Source: Candidatus Bathyarchaeota archaeon (GTDB lineage: Archaea; Thermoproteota; Bathyarchaeia; TCS64). Taken from it: 64,000 nucleotides of DNA. The stretch covers positions 224,001-288,000 of the forward strand of contig CAVYVF010000022.1 of the NCBI GenBank assembly GCA_963771885.1. The letters are read 5' to 3'. Below the pieces are notes generated by a model that was given only the letters and a program-made list of their open reading frames with translations, searched no databases and was not told the origin of the DNA. The position numbers were made by a program, and so were the translations under genes. Below, piece by piece: positions 1 to 9,718 of this stretch; position 1 is the first letter of the stretch; every line of letters begins with the position of its first letter.

Positions 1-725
1 TGGAGGCGAACACTGAGAAGATAGTGCCAGTCACCTCAGCGCGCGAGATACTCGCCGCTAAGGAAGTGGGGAAGTGCAGCGGACTCCTTGCCATCGAGGG
101 CGGTGAGCCCCTTATGGGCGACCTCAGCGTCCTCCGCAACTTCTACAAGCTCGGCGTCAGGATGCTCAGCTTCACGTGGAACTGGCGCACCCCCTTCGCT
201 GACGGCCTCTCGGCGTCCCGCGCAGGCAGCAAGCTCACCGACCTCGGCATCAAGGCGATCGAGGAGATGGACCGCCTCGGCATCGTCCTCGACACCAGCC
301 ACATAAGTGATACATGTTTCTGGGACATTGCCGAGGTCAAAAAGGGTCCCTTCATAGCGAGCCACAGCAACAGCCGCGTCGTCTGCGACCACCGCAGAAA
401 CCTCACAGACGATATGCTTCAGACAATAGCCGATCACGATGGCGTAGTAGGGATGAACTTCGCCCCAGACTTCGTCGCCAAGGAAGGCGCCACCATCGAA
501 AAGCTCGTCGACCACATAGACTACATAGTGAAGCTGGTGGGACCAGACCACGTGGGTCTCGGCTCAGACTTCGACGGCATCGGCAATCCCCCGGTAGGAT
601 TAGAGAACGCCTCCAAGATGCCAAACATCACCCGCGAGTTAGTGCGCCGCAAGTACTCGGAGGAGGACATAAAGAAGATACTCGGCGGTAACACCCTCAG
701 GGTCCTCGGCTCCGTCCTCAAGTAA
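1..725 (+). CDS. Membrane/renal-type dipeptidase (M19), 5'-partial
   Basis: IEGG, DTSH, ASHSN and VGLGSDFDG motifs; frame open to the window edge. Confidence 0.9.
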   Translation, partial: EANTEKIVPVTSAREILAAKEVGKCSGLLAIEGGEPLMGDLSVLRNFYKLGVRMLSFTWNWRTPFADGLSASRAGSKLTDLGIKAIEEMDRLGIVLDTSHISDTCFWDIAEVKKGPFIASHSNSRVVCDHRRNLTDDMLQTIADHDGVVGMNFAPDFVAKEGATIEKLVDHIDYIVKLVGPDHVGLGSDFDGIGNPPVGLENASKMPNITRELVRRKYSEEDIKKILGGNTLRVLGSVLK

Positions 726-804
726 CGTCACGTGACTGCAATATTTCTATCAACCCAGACATGTAGTCCTAATCGGGGCCGTATTCGAGGTTCTTCTGAA
801 GGTT

Positions 805-969
805 ATGCAGAGAGGCGCGCTCCTTGCGCTCAGCGAGAGACGCCCCTCCATGAGGGTCTATACTTGGTGCAACAGGATCAACGAGATCATCGAGCGCGCG
901 CCGAAGAGCAGGCACGCCTTCAACAAGTACCACCGCGAAGTGGACAGGCTCTTCAAGGGGCTGTCCTGA
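805..969 (+). CDS. Possible small hypothetical protein (54 aa; alternative ATG at 850)
   Basis: Manual translation MQRGALL...HREVDRLFKGLS*; host-like C/G-ending codons; below ORF-track cutoff. Confidence 0.35.
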   Translation: MQRGALLALSERRPSMRVYTWCNRINEIIERAPKSRHAFNKYHREVDRLFKGLS

Positions 970-1023
970 GCTGCTCATTACCCTTAAATGGCGCTCTCCG
1001 TCCCCTTGGTCTAGGTGTAAGAT

Positions 1024-1737
1024 TTGCCAACGGCGGGGAAGGTCTTCGTCTCAACCGAGTACAAGAAGCTCGCGGACATCGCGGCGGCGCTCGAGGGCCA
1101 CAAGATAGAGGAGGAGTACGCCGAAGGCGATTTCAAGCTCACTCTACTCACCGAAGTCGCCAACGTCAACGTCACCGAGGGCGTACTCACCGGACTCTAC
1201 AGCTACGATCACGTCGTCTACAACTACCATCGTGGGAAAGTCCTCCCAGCCGCCGCTACGAAGGAAGTCCTATTCAGTATGAACGAGCACGAGAGTCGAG
1301 TCTACCTCGTCGTCGTCGACAAGAAGGCCATTGCCAATAAGATCGCGAACAAGTTGAGCGAGATCGCCTTTGGCGAGATGGGTGTAATCGTCGAGGCGCG
1401 CATACTCCCTGAGACTATGAAAAAGTTCCACATCGCCAATAAGGAGGGTACCAAGGTGATCTTCTTCGAGAACATGGACATCCCGAATATAAACAAGCTC
1501 AGCCTCTACGGGCCGGACCTTGTCGACACGAAGCTTTTCAAGGAGTACGACAGCATCGGGGACCCCTGGTACGTGCTAGCGAAGAGCAAAAAGTTCGGAT
1601 ACACCGTGGGACTCGTCCGCGATGGTTCGGTGACAATCTTCAACACGGTTGATCAGGGGCAATACCTTCAATACGTGCGGGAGGACGTGATCCCAATGAC
1701 TCAGCCACCGAGGGCTAGGAAGGAGGAAGAGGAGTAA
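1024..1737 (+). CDS. Hypothetical protein, 237 aa
   Basis: Host-like codon usage; TAATG overlap with next gene. Confidence 0.8.
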   Translation: MPTAGKVFVSTEYKKLADIAAALEGHKIEEEYAEGDFKLTLLTEVANVNVTEGVLTGLYSYDHVVYNYHRGKVLPAAATKEVLFSMNEHESRVYLVVVDKKAIANKIANKLSEIAFGEMGVIVEARILPETMKKFHIANKEGTKVIFFENMDIPNINKLSLYGPDLVDTKLFKEYDSIGDPWYVLAKSKKFGYTVGLVRDGSVTIFNTVDQGQYLQYVREDVIPMTQPPRARKEEEE

Positions 1738-1961
1738 TGACTGACAAGGTACTTGACTGCACGGGGCTCTTCTGCCCCGAACCCGTCTTCAGGACACGCA
1801 TGGCGCTCGACGAGCTCGCCTCGGGACAGACACTTGAGGTCCACGCCGACGACCCAGCAGCCTTCGAGGACCTCCGCAGGCTCACGGAGCGCCTAGGCCA
1901 CACCGTCGTCTCCATAAAGAAGGAAGGCGACGAGACCACCATCGTCATCAAGAAGAAGTAG
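1737..1961 (+). CDS. TusA/SirA-family sulfur carrier
   Basis: LDCTGLFCPEP motif, 74 aa. Confidence 0.9.
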   Translation: MTDKVLDCTGLFCPEPVFRTRMALDELASGQTLEVHADDPAAFEDLRRLTERLGHTVVSIKKEGDETTIVIKKK

Positions 1962-3020
1962 CTATTGTATACTTTTCACGCCCTCGCTTACCAGGGTGTA
2001 GAGGGCTCCGAGGTTCGAGGCGAGGCCAACGGTCCCCGCCACCTGCCCGAGTTCAGCTGCGCTCTTGACGCAAAGCAGCTTGAGGTTGATCTTCGCCACG
2101 GGGTGGGTATTCACAACTCCGCCGACGGTGCCTACACTGAGCGGCATCTCCAGCTCGCCAATGAGTCCGCCTTGCTGATCCCTCGTCCAACGGGAGAGAG
2201 GCTTGTATGCCCCTCTGAGGGAGGCATAGGCGTGTGCCCCGGCCTCGACGGCGCGTGTATCGTTGCCAGTGGCGAGGAGCACTGCTGAGACGCCATTCAT
2301 TATCCCCTTGTTGTGGGTGACGGCGCGGTAAGGATCGGCCTCGGCGAACGCGGACGCCTTCACAATCCTGTCTGCAATCTCACCGTTGATCCGCTCCTCT
2401 GGGACGCTGGCGCGTACCCGGACCATGCGCCCCGTGGAGAGGTTCGTCAGGATAGCCATGTTCACCCTCCCACCCGTCAGAGCCTCGACTGCGGGCCTGA
2501 TCAGCTCACACATCGAGTTGACGACGTTAGCCCCCATCGAGTCCTTGACATCGACGTGGACCTCAGCGATGATCATTGGTCCCGCATCTGTGTCGAGCCG
2601 GCGTGTAGTCAAGTCTAGTGCCTTACGGGTCGTGGAGACTGTGTTCATCTCGATGAGCAGGTTCGACCTCTCCGCGAGGATGCGGCGGATTCCCTCCTCG
2701 ATATTTGGGGCGCCGACAACCTGAATTTGCCCCATCATGATCTGCTCACTGCTGTCCGCCGTGTAGACGGCGAGTCCCGCGCCACGTCGCACCATTTCCA
2801 CGACCCCCCTCTCCTCGATCGCGAGTGGCACCATAAATCCACGCCCGTTCAACGTGAGCCCGTCTACAACGCCCAGCGGCACGTGCAAGAGTCCCAGCAC
2901 GTTCTCCCGAAGCTTATCCGCGTGCTCAATGGAGAGGGCGTCCCTAGCACCCAGCGTCTCCACCTCTTCGGAAGTAAGCTTCTCAAGCAACCGCGACCTT
3001 ATCCCGCCCACCGAGGACAT
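1962..3020 (-). CDS. Class II HMG-CoA reductase-like protein, C-terminal flap absent
   Basis: ENVLG, DSMGAN, THNKGIMNG, GNDTRAVEAGAH, GTVGG motifs. Confidence 0.85.
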   Translation of the reverse strand: MSSVGGIRSRLLEKLTSEEVETLGARDALSIEHADKLRENVLGLLHVPLGVVDGLTLNGRGFMVPLAIEERGVVEMVRRGAGLAVYTADSSEQIMMGQIQVVGAPNIEEGIRRILAERSNLLIEMNTVSTTRKALDLTTRRLDTDAGPMIIAEVHVDVKDSMGANVVNSMCELIRPAVEALTGGRVNMAILTNLSTGRMVRVRASVPEERINGEIADRIVKASAFAEADPYRAVTHNKGIMNGVSAVLLATGNDTRAVEAGAHAYASLRGAYKPLSRWTRDQQGGLIGELEMPLSVGTVGGVVNTHPVAKINLKLLCVKSAAELGQVAGTVGLASNLGALYTLVSEGVKSIQ

Positions 3021-3364
3021 ACAGACTCACCACTAACCCAACCGGAATAAGTATTCCTCTACATTCCAATACCCCAAAAAAACGAGATCACTGAATATCT
3101 GAAAATTAGGCTTGAATCGGGTAAATATCTTACGAAACGGCCCCATTCTTGATCGGATCTAAGAAAAAGGGGTATATATTCGCTAAATACATGCACCTCA
3201 AAAAGGGAGGGGGTTTCTGTGATAAAGCTCGAAAACTCACCTGTTGAGAAAAAGGAGCCGTAATATCTACCAACCAACCGATCATCGTGTCCAAAAGTGA
3301 GACAAAATACACTGAACCAGATAACCCTAAATCCAAAAACCCCCACAAGAGACCAGAACACACC

Positions 3365-4312
3365 ATGAGCCTAAACGAAGCGAAGACAGCGGAGATATAC
3401 CGTGTCATGGTCCGCATAAGGACCTTCGAGAACGCCGTCAGGAGACTCACGAAGGAGGGGAAGATACCTGCTCGCTTCGGACTCTACACGGGACAGGAGG
3501 CGGTCGCCGCCGGTGTCTCCATCCACCTCAGGAAGGGGGATCAGATCGCCTCCACCCACCGCGCCCTCGGGCACCTCATCGCCAAGGGCTGCAGCCTCGA
3601 CAGGCTCATGGCGGAGCTCATGGGAAAGCAGACAGGCTTCAATCATGGTAAGGCAGGGCCCTACCATACATTCGACCCCAGCGTCGGCGCCATAGGGGCT
3701 AACGGCGTTGTCGGCGGAAGCGTCCCAACCGCAGCCGGCTACGCACTCGCCGACCAATTAGAAGGCAAGCGCAAGATCGCCGTCTCCTACTTCGGCGAAG
3801 GTGGAAGCAACCAGGGAGGTGTACAGGAGACCTTAAACCTCGCCGCCTGCTGGAATCTCCCAATCGTTTTCGTCTGCGAGAACAGCAGTCCAGAGGTCCA
3901 GCGCATGCTCGGCCACGAGATAGACTACCCCCAGCTTAGCATTGATAAGGTCAGCTTGCGCGCAAAGAACTACGCGATGCCCGGATACACCACAACCGGC
4001 TGGGACGTCGACGCCGTCTACAAGGCTGCAGGAAAAGCAGTCAGACGCGCACGTGCCGGGAAGGGACCTACTCTCCTCGAGTTCAAGGTACACCAGCTCG
4101 AGGGAAACCTCGAGGGACGCCTTGAGTCCAACGAGAAGGAGCGCCAGTGGGACCCCATAAACCTCCTAAAGCAGAGGATGCCCCGAACGATTGAGGAGCA
4201 GATACGCTCCGAGGAGGCAGCAAACGTCCAGAAGGCCATTGACTACGGGTTAAAGAGCCCCGAGCCCACACTGGACCAGGCATATGCCTGCGTCTTCAGG
4301 GAGGCGGACTAG
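3365..4312 (+). CDS. 2-oxoacid/acetoin dehydrogenase E1 alpha subunit (divergent)
   Basis: GQEA, STHR, GEG...CENS ThDP-type motif, GPTLLE. Confidence 0.88.
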   Translation: MSLNEAKTAEIYRVMVRIRTFENAVRRLTKEGKIPARFGLYTGQEAVAAGVSIHLRKGDQIASTHRALGHLIAKGCSLDRLMAELMGKQTGFNHGKAGPYHTFDPSVGAIGANGVVGGSVPTAAGYALADQLEGKRKIAVSYFGEGGSNQGGVQETLNLAACWNLPIVFVCENSSPEVQRMLGHEIDYPQLSIDKVSLRAKNYAMPGYTTTGWDVDAVYKAAGKAVRRARAGKGPTLLEFKVHQLEGNLEGRLESNEKERQWDPINLLKQRMPRTIEEQIRSEEAANVQKAIDYGLKSPEPTLDQAYACVFREAD

Positions 4313-4313
4313 T

Positions 4314-5285
4314 ATGCCCGCACGCGAGATCACCTTCGGCCAGGCGCTTAACGAGGCACACATGTCCGAGATGGAACGCGACCCCAAGGTCATTGTTTTC
4401 GGCGAGAACGTCTCCAGTCAGTGGCGCGAGGCGACGAAAGGGCTAAAGGAAAAGTTTGGACGCGAGCGCGTCCGCGACGCCCCCATCACGGAGACCGCCT
4501 TCATCGGCGCCGGCGTCGGAGCTGCTATCGCAGGCTACCATCCCGTCGTCGAACTCATGCTCGTCGACTTCGGACTCGTTGCAATGGACCAGATACTAAA
4601 CCAGTTCGCCAAGACACCTTACATGACCGGCGGAGCTGTAAGCGTCCCAATGACTCTCCGTGTCCTTAACGGTGCAGGGACGAGCAGCGGCGCTACACAT
4701 AGTGAGAGCCTCCATGGACTATTCGCGCATACCCCGGGGCTCAAGGTCGTCGTCCCAAGCAATCCCTACGACGCGAAGGGGCTACTCATCTCCAGTATAC
4801 GCGACCCGAACCCCAAGATATTCATGGAGCACCGCCTCCTGTACCCCGTCAAGGGCCAGGTTCCCAAGGAGCCCTATGAGGTACCACTCGGCGTCGCCAA
4901 CCTCGTCCGCGAGGGAAAGGATGTCACCGTCGTCGCGACGAGTCTTATGGTGCAGGAGGCGATGAAGGCGGCGGATGAACTCAAAGGCAAGGTGAGCGTC
5001 GAGGTCATCGACCCGCGCACACTCGTCCCCCTCGATGAGGAAGCGATCGTCAACTCAGTCAAGAAGACGGGGCGCCTCGTCGTCGTGGACGAGGACTACC
5101 ACAGCTTCGGCTTCAGTGGCGAGGTAGTCGCCATAGCTGCGGAGAAGGCGCTGAAGAGCCTCGTAACTACCCCGATACGTGTCGCCACACCAAACATACC
5201 CTTCCCATTCAACCCTCGCCTCGAAAAGGAGTTACTCCCCAACAAGGACAAGATAGTCGCCGCCATCAGGAAGGCGGCAGTTTAG
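4314..5285 (+). CDS. 2-oxoacid/acetoin dehydrogenase E1 beta subunit
   Basis: DAPITE, PGLKVVVPSNPYDAKGLL, VIDPRTLVPLD. Confidence 0.92.
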   Translation: MPAREITFGQALNEAHMSEMERDPKVIVFGENVSSQWREATKGLKEKFGRERVRDAPITETAFIGAGVGAAIAGYHPVVELMLVDFGLVAMDQILNQFAKTPYMTGGAVSVPMTLRVLNGAGTSSGATHSESLHGLFAHTPGLKVVVPSNPYDAKGLLISSIRDPNPKIFMEHRLLYPVKGQVPKEPYEVPLGVANLVREGKDVTVVATSLMVQEAMKAADELKGKVSVEVIDPRTLVPLDEEAIVNSVKKTGRLVVVDEDYHSFGFSGEVVAIAAEKALKSLVTTPIRVATPNIPFPFNPRLEKELLPNKDKIVAAIRKAAV

Positions 5286-5339
5286 CCCCCACACTAACTC
5301 TTATTACACCCGGGTTTCAGCTAATTCGGGGGGAGCCAC

Positions 5340-6140
5340 TTGGTTAAGTGCGACAAGTGCGGCGTCGAGACCTATATGCCCTACCGCTGCAACTACTGTG
5401 GCGGCTACTTCTGCGACCAGCATAGGCTACCCGAGTTCCACGACTGCACGGGGAAATATGATCAGGCAAAACCGAATACTGTGCACATAGGCAGCTACTC
5501 CTCGACCGGAGACTTTCAAGGCAACTACTCGACGAGCCAGGTCATACGACCCTACTGGTTCAGCAGTAAGGAGTTACGAGACCTCGCGATCGGGCTCGTC
5601 ATCATCATGGCGCTCCCGCTCTTCAAGGTGTGGAGCTACTTTACAGTGGCGCCATTCTTCGTTATTGGTATTGCCTCGGTCCTTGCCCTTGCCTTCATCC
5701 TTCACGAGCTGGCTCACAAGTTCGCGGCGCAGCACTTCGGGATGTGGGCAGAGTTCAGGTTGAGCACGATAGGAATGCTTTTCACCCTTTTCTCATTCGC
5801 CCTACTCCAGTCCGACGTACTCCCGATAATGATAGTCGCTCCCGGCGCCGTGATGATAGCCGGCGTTATGAACCTTACGGAGTACGGAAAGATATCGATA
5901 GCCGGCCCGACAACGAACATCGCTCAGGCGCTCATCTACCTCGTCGTCTACCTCTTCTCGCCGGACAGTCTCATCAGCGTCATCGCCTTCTACGGCGTCC
6001 AGATAAACGCGTTCCTCGCCCTCTTCAACCTCATCCCCTTCGGAGCTTTCGACGGACTGAAGATATACAACTGGGACAAGAAAGCCTGGGGCGCAGCAGT
6101 AGCGATCGCAGGCGTCCTCGTCTTATTCACCTGGTTCTAG
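5340..6140 (+). CDS. AN1-type zinc finger fused to M50 (site-2) intramembrane metalloprotease
   Basis: N-terminal CxxC...CxxC...CxxH...HxC; HELAH; AGP; NLIPFGAFDG. Confidence 0.85.
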   Translation: MVKCDKCGVETYMPYRCNYCGGYFCDQHRLPEFHDCTGKYDQAKPNTVHIGSYSSTGDFQGNYSTSQVIRPYWFSSKELRDLAIGLVIIMALPLFKVWSYFTVAPFFVIGIASVLALAFILHELAHKFAAQHFGMWAEFRLSTIGMLFTLFSFALLQSDVLPIMIVAPGAVMIAGVMNLTEYGKISIAGPTTNIAQALIYLVVYLFSPDSLISVIAFYGVQINAFLALFNLIPFGAFDGLKIYNWDKKAWGAAVAIAGVLVLFTWF

Positions 6141-6180
6141 GGGTTCCCCTTATCTACCGGATACGACAATCCTCCCCCGT

Positions 6181-7071
6181 ATGATCGTCATACCCGGTCC
6201 CTCTTCTCTAGGGCTCGGCTGGAGGATAGCGGAGCGCCTAGGCGTTGAGCCTACGCCGGTAGAGCACCGCGTCTTCCCCGACGGGGAGAGTTATATAAAG
6301 CTCACGAAACAGGTGGCGGGGGAGAGCGTCGTAATAGTCCAGACGACAGCGCCCAACCCGGATACCCGACTCATGCAGCTCCTCCTCATGGCGAGGACCG
6401 CCAAGGACTTCGACGCTGAGAAGGTCGTCGCTGTCGTCCCCTACCTCGCTTACGCACGCCAGGACAAGCGCTTCACCGACCTAGAGTCACTCAGCCTAGA
6501 CATAATATTCGGCATGCTCGAGTGCGCGGGGGTCACCGATCTCGTCACGGTCAACATTCACAACGAGGCGTCCACCCGCGGGGTCGAGAAAAGGCACAAG
6601 GTAAGGTTCCACAACATCAGCGCCATACCACTCCTCGCCGAGTACCTCAAGAAAGAGGGTTTCGGCGGCGCCTACAGCCTCTCCCCCGATAAGGGAGCCA
6701 TCTACATAGCTGAAGCCGCCTCCAAGGTCCTCGGCGGGGGCTACAACTACTTCGAAAAGACCCGCGACCGCAAGACGGGCGAGATAACAATGGCTGTCAA
6801 AGACCTCAACATAGGCGGGCGCAAGGCTGTGGTCTTCGACGACATGATAAGCAGCGGCGGGACTATGGCGAAGGCAGTCGAAGCCCTCACAGCCCAGGGC
6901 GCGGAGAAGGTCGCAACCGCCTGCACACATGTACTCTATATGCCCGGCGCTGAGGAGAAGATCAGAAAGGCTGGCGCAGACCCGATAATCGCAACCAACA
7001 CCATCGAGACCCCCTTTAGCAGGGTCAGTGTAGCAGGGATCATCGCCGACAAGCTCAGGGAAATAGCCTGA
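6181..7071 (+). CDS. prs: Ribose-phosphate pyrophosphokinase
   Basis: FPDGE, YLAYARQD, VFDDMISSGGT. Confidence 0.95.
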   Translation: MIVIPGPSSLGLGWRIAERLGVEPTPVEHRVFPDGESYIKLTKQVAGESVVIVQTTAPNPDTRLMQLLLMARTAKDFDAEKVVAVVPYLAYARQDKRFTDLESLSLDIIFGMLECAGVTDLVTVNIHNEASTRGVEKRHKVRFHNISAIPLLAEYLKKEGFGGAYSLSPDKGAIYIAEAASKVLGGGYNYFEKTRDRKTGEITMAVKDLNIGGRKAVVFDDMISSGGTMAKAVEALTAQGAEKVATACTHVLYMPGAEEKIRKAGADPIIATNTIETPFSRVSVAGIIADKLREIA

Positions 7072-7109
7072 GCTAACCCCTTTATACCGCCACGGCGAAC
7101 AACAGGGCG

Positions 7110-7454
7110 ATGATAAGCTCCAAGATTCGCATCAAGGTCCAGAGCGTCCGCTCAGTTAAGGACCCAGAGAACAGGGAGTGCTTCCAGATCGAGTTTGTCG
7201 AGGTCCGCCAGCGCCCACCCATGGTTATGATGAGCAACCCAGAGGTCCCCGACGAGATCAATCAGATGGTCGTTCAGGTCACGAAGAGCTTCCAGGGCTT
7301 CATGCCCGGCGGAGGCGCGAAGGAGTACGAGCAGATGAAGATCACCCTGATAATGACGGGTGAGGAGCTTGAGAGCTTCAGGCTCAAGCCCTACCCGAAC
7401 CAGCTCTATGAGCTGACCATCACCGATGGCGCGCTGAGCTTCGCCGAGGTCTAG
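7110..7454 (+). CDS. Arcadin-1-like protein
   Basis: 114 aa; DP...I(E/D)xVE, PGGG, ITLxxTxEExExF pattern resembles crenarchaeal arcadin-1 (from memory). Confidence 0.65.
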   Translation: MISSKIRIKVQSVRSVKDPENRECFQIEFVEVRQRPPMVMMSNPEVPDEINQMVVQVTKSFQGFMPGGGAKEYEQMKITLIMTGEELESFRLKPYPNQLYELTITDGALSFAEV

Positions 7455-7500
7455 GCAACCTATTAATCCAGCCCCGCCCAACCCTCAGACGATAGCCCCT

Positions 7501-7839
7501 TTGTCAATCACGGAGATCCTCTACACGGACTGGGACACCGCCGTCTCCAAGGCGGAGGGTCCAGTTGTCGTAGAGTTCTGGCATGTGAACTGTCCGACCT
7601 GCAAGAAGATCGAGACGGCGGTCCAGGAACTACCCGGAAAAATCGGGAAGGCTAAGCTCATTCGGCTCAACGTCCTAACTGACAGGGAGACCCGCAAACT
7701 GGCGATCGGGAAGGGCGTCATAGGCACGCCCACATTCAAAGTTTATTGCAGGGGCGTAGAGATCGGTGAGGTCGTCGGCCTCGAGACGCTCACCAACTTG
7801 GTTGGAACGCTAAACAACATCCTGAAGGACTGCGCCTGA
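7501..7839 (+). CDS. Thioredoxin family protein
   Basis: VVVEFWHVNCPTC; GTPTF cis-Pro motif. Confidence 0.88.
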   Translation: MSITEILYTDWDTAVSKAEGPVVVEFWHVNCPTCKKIETAVQELPGKIGKAKLIRLNVLTDRETRKLAIGKGVIGTPTFKVYCRGVEIGEVVGLETLTNLVGTLNNILKDCA

Positions 7840-7848
7840 GGACCTTGT

Positions 7849-8766
7849 ATGTACGACGTGATCGTTCTTGGGGCTGGCCCCGCTGGATTGACCGCGGCGC
7901 TCTACACGGCGCGTGCGAAGATGAAGACACTTGTCGTCGCCGGCCCGATGGTCGGCGGTCAGATCGCCTTCACATACCAGGTAGACAACTACCCCGGCTT
8001 TGCTGAGGGGATAACGGGGCCTGACCTCTCATACAAGTTCAAGGTACACGCGGAGAGGTTTGGCGCCGAGTTTCTCGACGCCTCAGCGACGGAGGTGGAC
8101 TTCTCGGGGAACCCATACAAGATTATGGTCGGTGAGAGGGTGTTCGAGGCTAGGTCCATTATTGTCGCAATGGGGATGAATCACAGGAAGCTAGGCGTCC
8201 CAGGCGAGGACAGGCTCATGGGGAGGGGCGTCTTCGTCTGCGCCACATGTGACGCTGCCTTCTACGAGGATCGTAAGGCGGTTGTTGTAGGCGGAGGCGA
8301 CTCAGCGATACAGGAGGCATTGGACCTCGCGAAGTTCGCCTCCGAGGTGACGATCGTCCACAGGAGGGGTGAGGCACGCGCTTGCAGGTGCCTCATTGAG
8401 AAGGCGATAAACGAGCCCAGGATAAGGTTTCAATACAACACAGAGGTCACCGAGATACTCGGGGACAAGAGGGTGAGCGGGGTCAGGCTCAGGGACCTGA
8501 AAACGGAAGAGAGCCGCGTCGTTGAGGCTGATGGGGTCCTCCTCGCCATAGGATGGGACCCCAACACATCCATACTGCGAGGGCACATTGAACTAGACGA
8601 GGTCGGGTTTCCACTGACGGATGGTGTGAAGACGGGAATTAAGGGGGTCTTCGTGGGGGGTGATCTAATCGACAAGACTTACAGGCAAGTCGTGACGAGC
8701 TGCGGGAGCGGCTGCGCTGCCGCCTTAGAAGCAGTGCACTGGCTCGAGGGAGTTCCCAGCGGGTAG
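7849..8766 (+). CDS. trxB: Thioredoxin reductase
   Basis: GAGPAG, CATCD, GGGDSA, HRR. Confidence 0.93.
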   Translation: MYDVIVLGAGPAGLTAALYTARAKMKTLVVAGPMVGGQIAFTYQVDNYPGFAEGITGPDLSYKFKVHAERFGAEFLDASATEVDFSGNPYKIMVGERVFEARSIIVAMGMNHRKLGVPGEDRLMGRGVFVCATCDAAFYEDRKAVVVGGGDSAIQEALDLAKFASEVTIVHRRGEARACRCLIEKAINEPRIRFQYNTEVTEILGDKRVSGVRLRDLKTEESRVVEADGVLLAIGWDPNTSILRGHIELDEVGFPLTDGVKTGIKGVFVGGDLIDKTYRQVVTSCGSGCAAALEAVHWLEGVPSG

Positions 8767-9677
8767 TGGCCTTGAGGGTAGTCTTCCTCGGTACCAGTGG
8801 GAGCATGCCGACCCCGGAGAGGAGTTCTTCGTCCGTCGCCATCAAGATAGGGCGAGGCGTTATGCTCCTCGACTGCGGCGAGGGGACGCAGAGGCAGATG
8901 GTCGCCGCCCACATAGGCTTCAGCAGGGTCAAGCTCATCTTCATCACCCACCTGCACGGCGACCATGTCCTAGGCGTCCCCGGACTCCTCCAGTCCATGA
9001 CCCTCCAGAGGCGCGAGGAGCCGCTCGCTGTCTATGGACCGCGGGGACTACATGCGTTCCTGCAGGGGGTCTCCAGCACCCTCGGCGGACCCGGGTTCCC
9101 CGTTTCTGTACACGAGATATGCGAGCCCGGCATCGTTCATGAGGGAAAGGGCTTCAGCGTCGAGGCGCGTAAGTCGGAGCACAGGTTAGAGTCCTGGTCA
9201 TACGCTTTGCTGGAGAGCCCGCGCCCGGGGAAGTTCTACCCAGACAGGGCGAAGGCGCTGAGTGTTCCCGAGGGTGCCATCTGGAAGAGGCTTCAAGACG
9301 GCGAGGAGGTCGAGGTCGAGGGGAGAGTTGTGAGGTCGCTCGACGTCTCCGACTCACCGCGTCAGGGGCGCAAACTGGTCTACTCGGGAGACACCAAGCC
9401 GAGCGAGAACGTAGTCGGGCTCGCTGTCGGTGCTGATCTCCTGATACATGAGGCGACGTTCGGCGATGAACTCGTCGATAGGGCTGCTGAAGATGGGCAC
9501 TCGACGGCGAGCCAGGCTGCGAGCGTCGCAGCAAGAGCCGGTGTCAAGAAGCTGATACTCACACACATAAGCAGCAGGTACGGTGATGTGGCTCCAATGC
9601 TCGCGGCGGCACGTGCAATCTTCCCCCACACCTTGATCGCTGAGGATCTCCTCGAGGTCGAGGTCCCACACGCATAA
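8766..9677 (+). CDS. rnz: Ribonuclease Z
   Basis: FLGTSG, DCGEGTQRQ, HLHGDH, HEATF, HST. Confidence 0.95.
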   Translation: MALRVVFLGTSGSMPTPERSSSSVAIKIGRGVMLLDCGEGTQRQMVAAHIGFSRVKLIFITHLHGDHVLGVPGLLQSMTLQRREEPLAVYGPRGLHAFLQGVSSTLGGPGFPVSVHEICEPGIVHEGKGFSVEARKSEHRLESWSYALLESPRPGKFYPDRAKALSVPEGAIWKRLQDGEEVEVEGRVVRSLDVSDSPRQGRKLVYSGDTKPSENVVGLAVGADLLIHEATFGDELVDRAAEDGHSTASQAASVAARAGVKKLILTHISSRYGDVAPMLAAARAIFPHTLIAEDLLEVEVPHA

Positions 9678-9718
9678 CCCTTTTATGCCCTCCTTTCCCC
9701 GGACACATTAGGTCGGTT

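Noticed and set aside
732..1340. 202-aa ORF and the many other overlapping or antisense ORFs (e.g. 26820-27848, 53685-54584, 62677-63444)
   Set aside because: Arg/Pro-rich shadow frames of real genes, expected in GC-rich DNA
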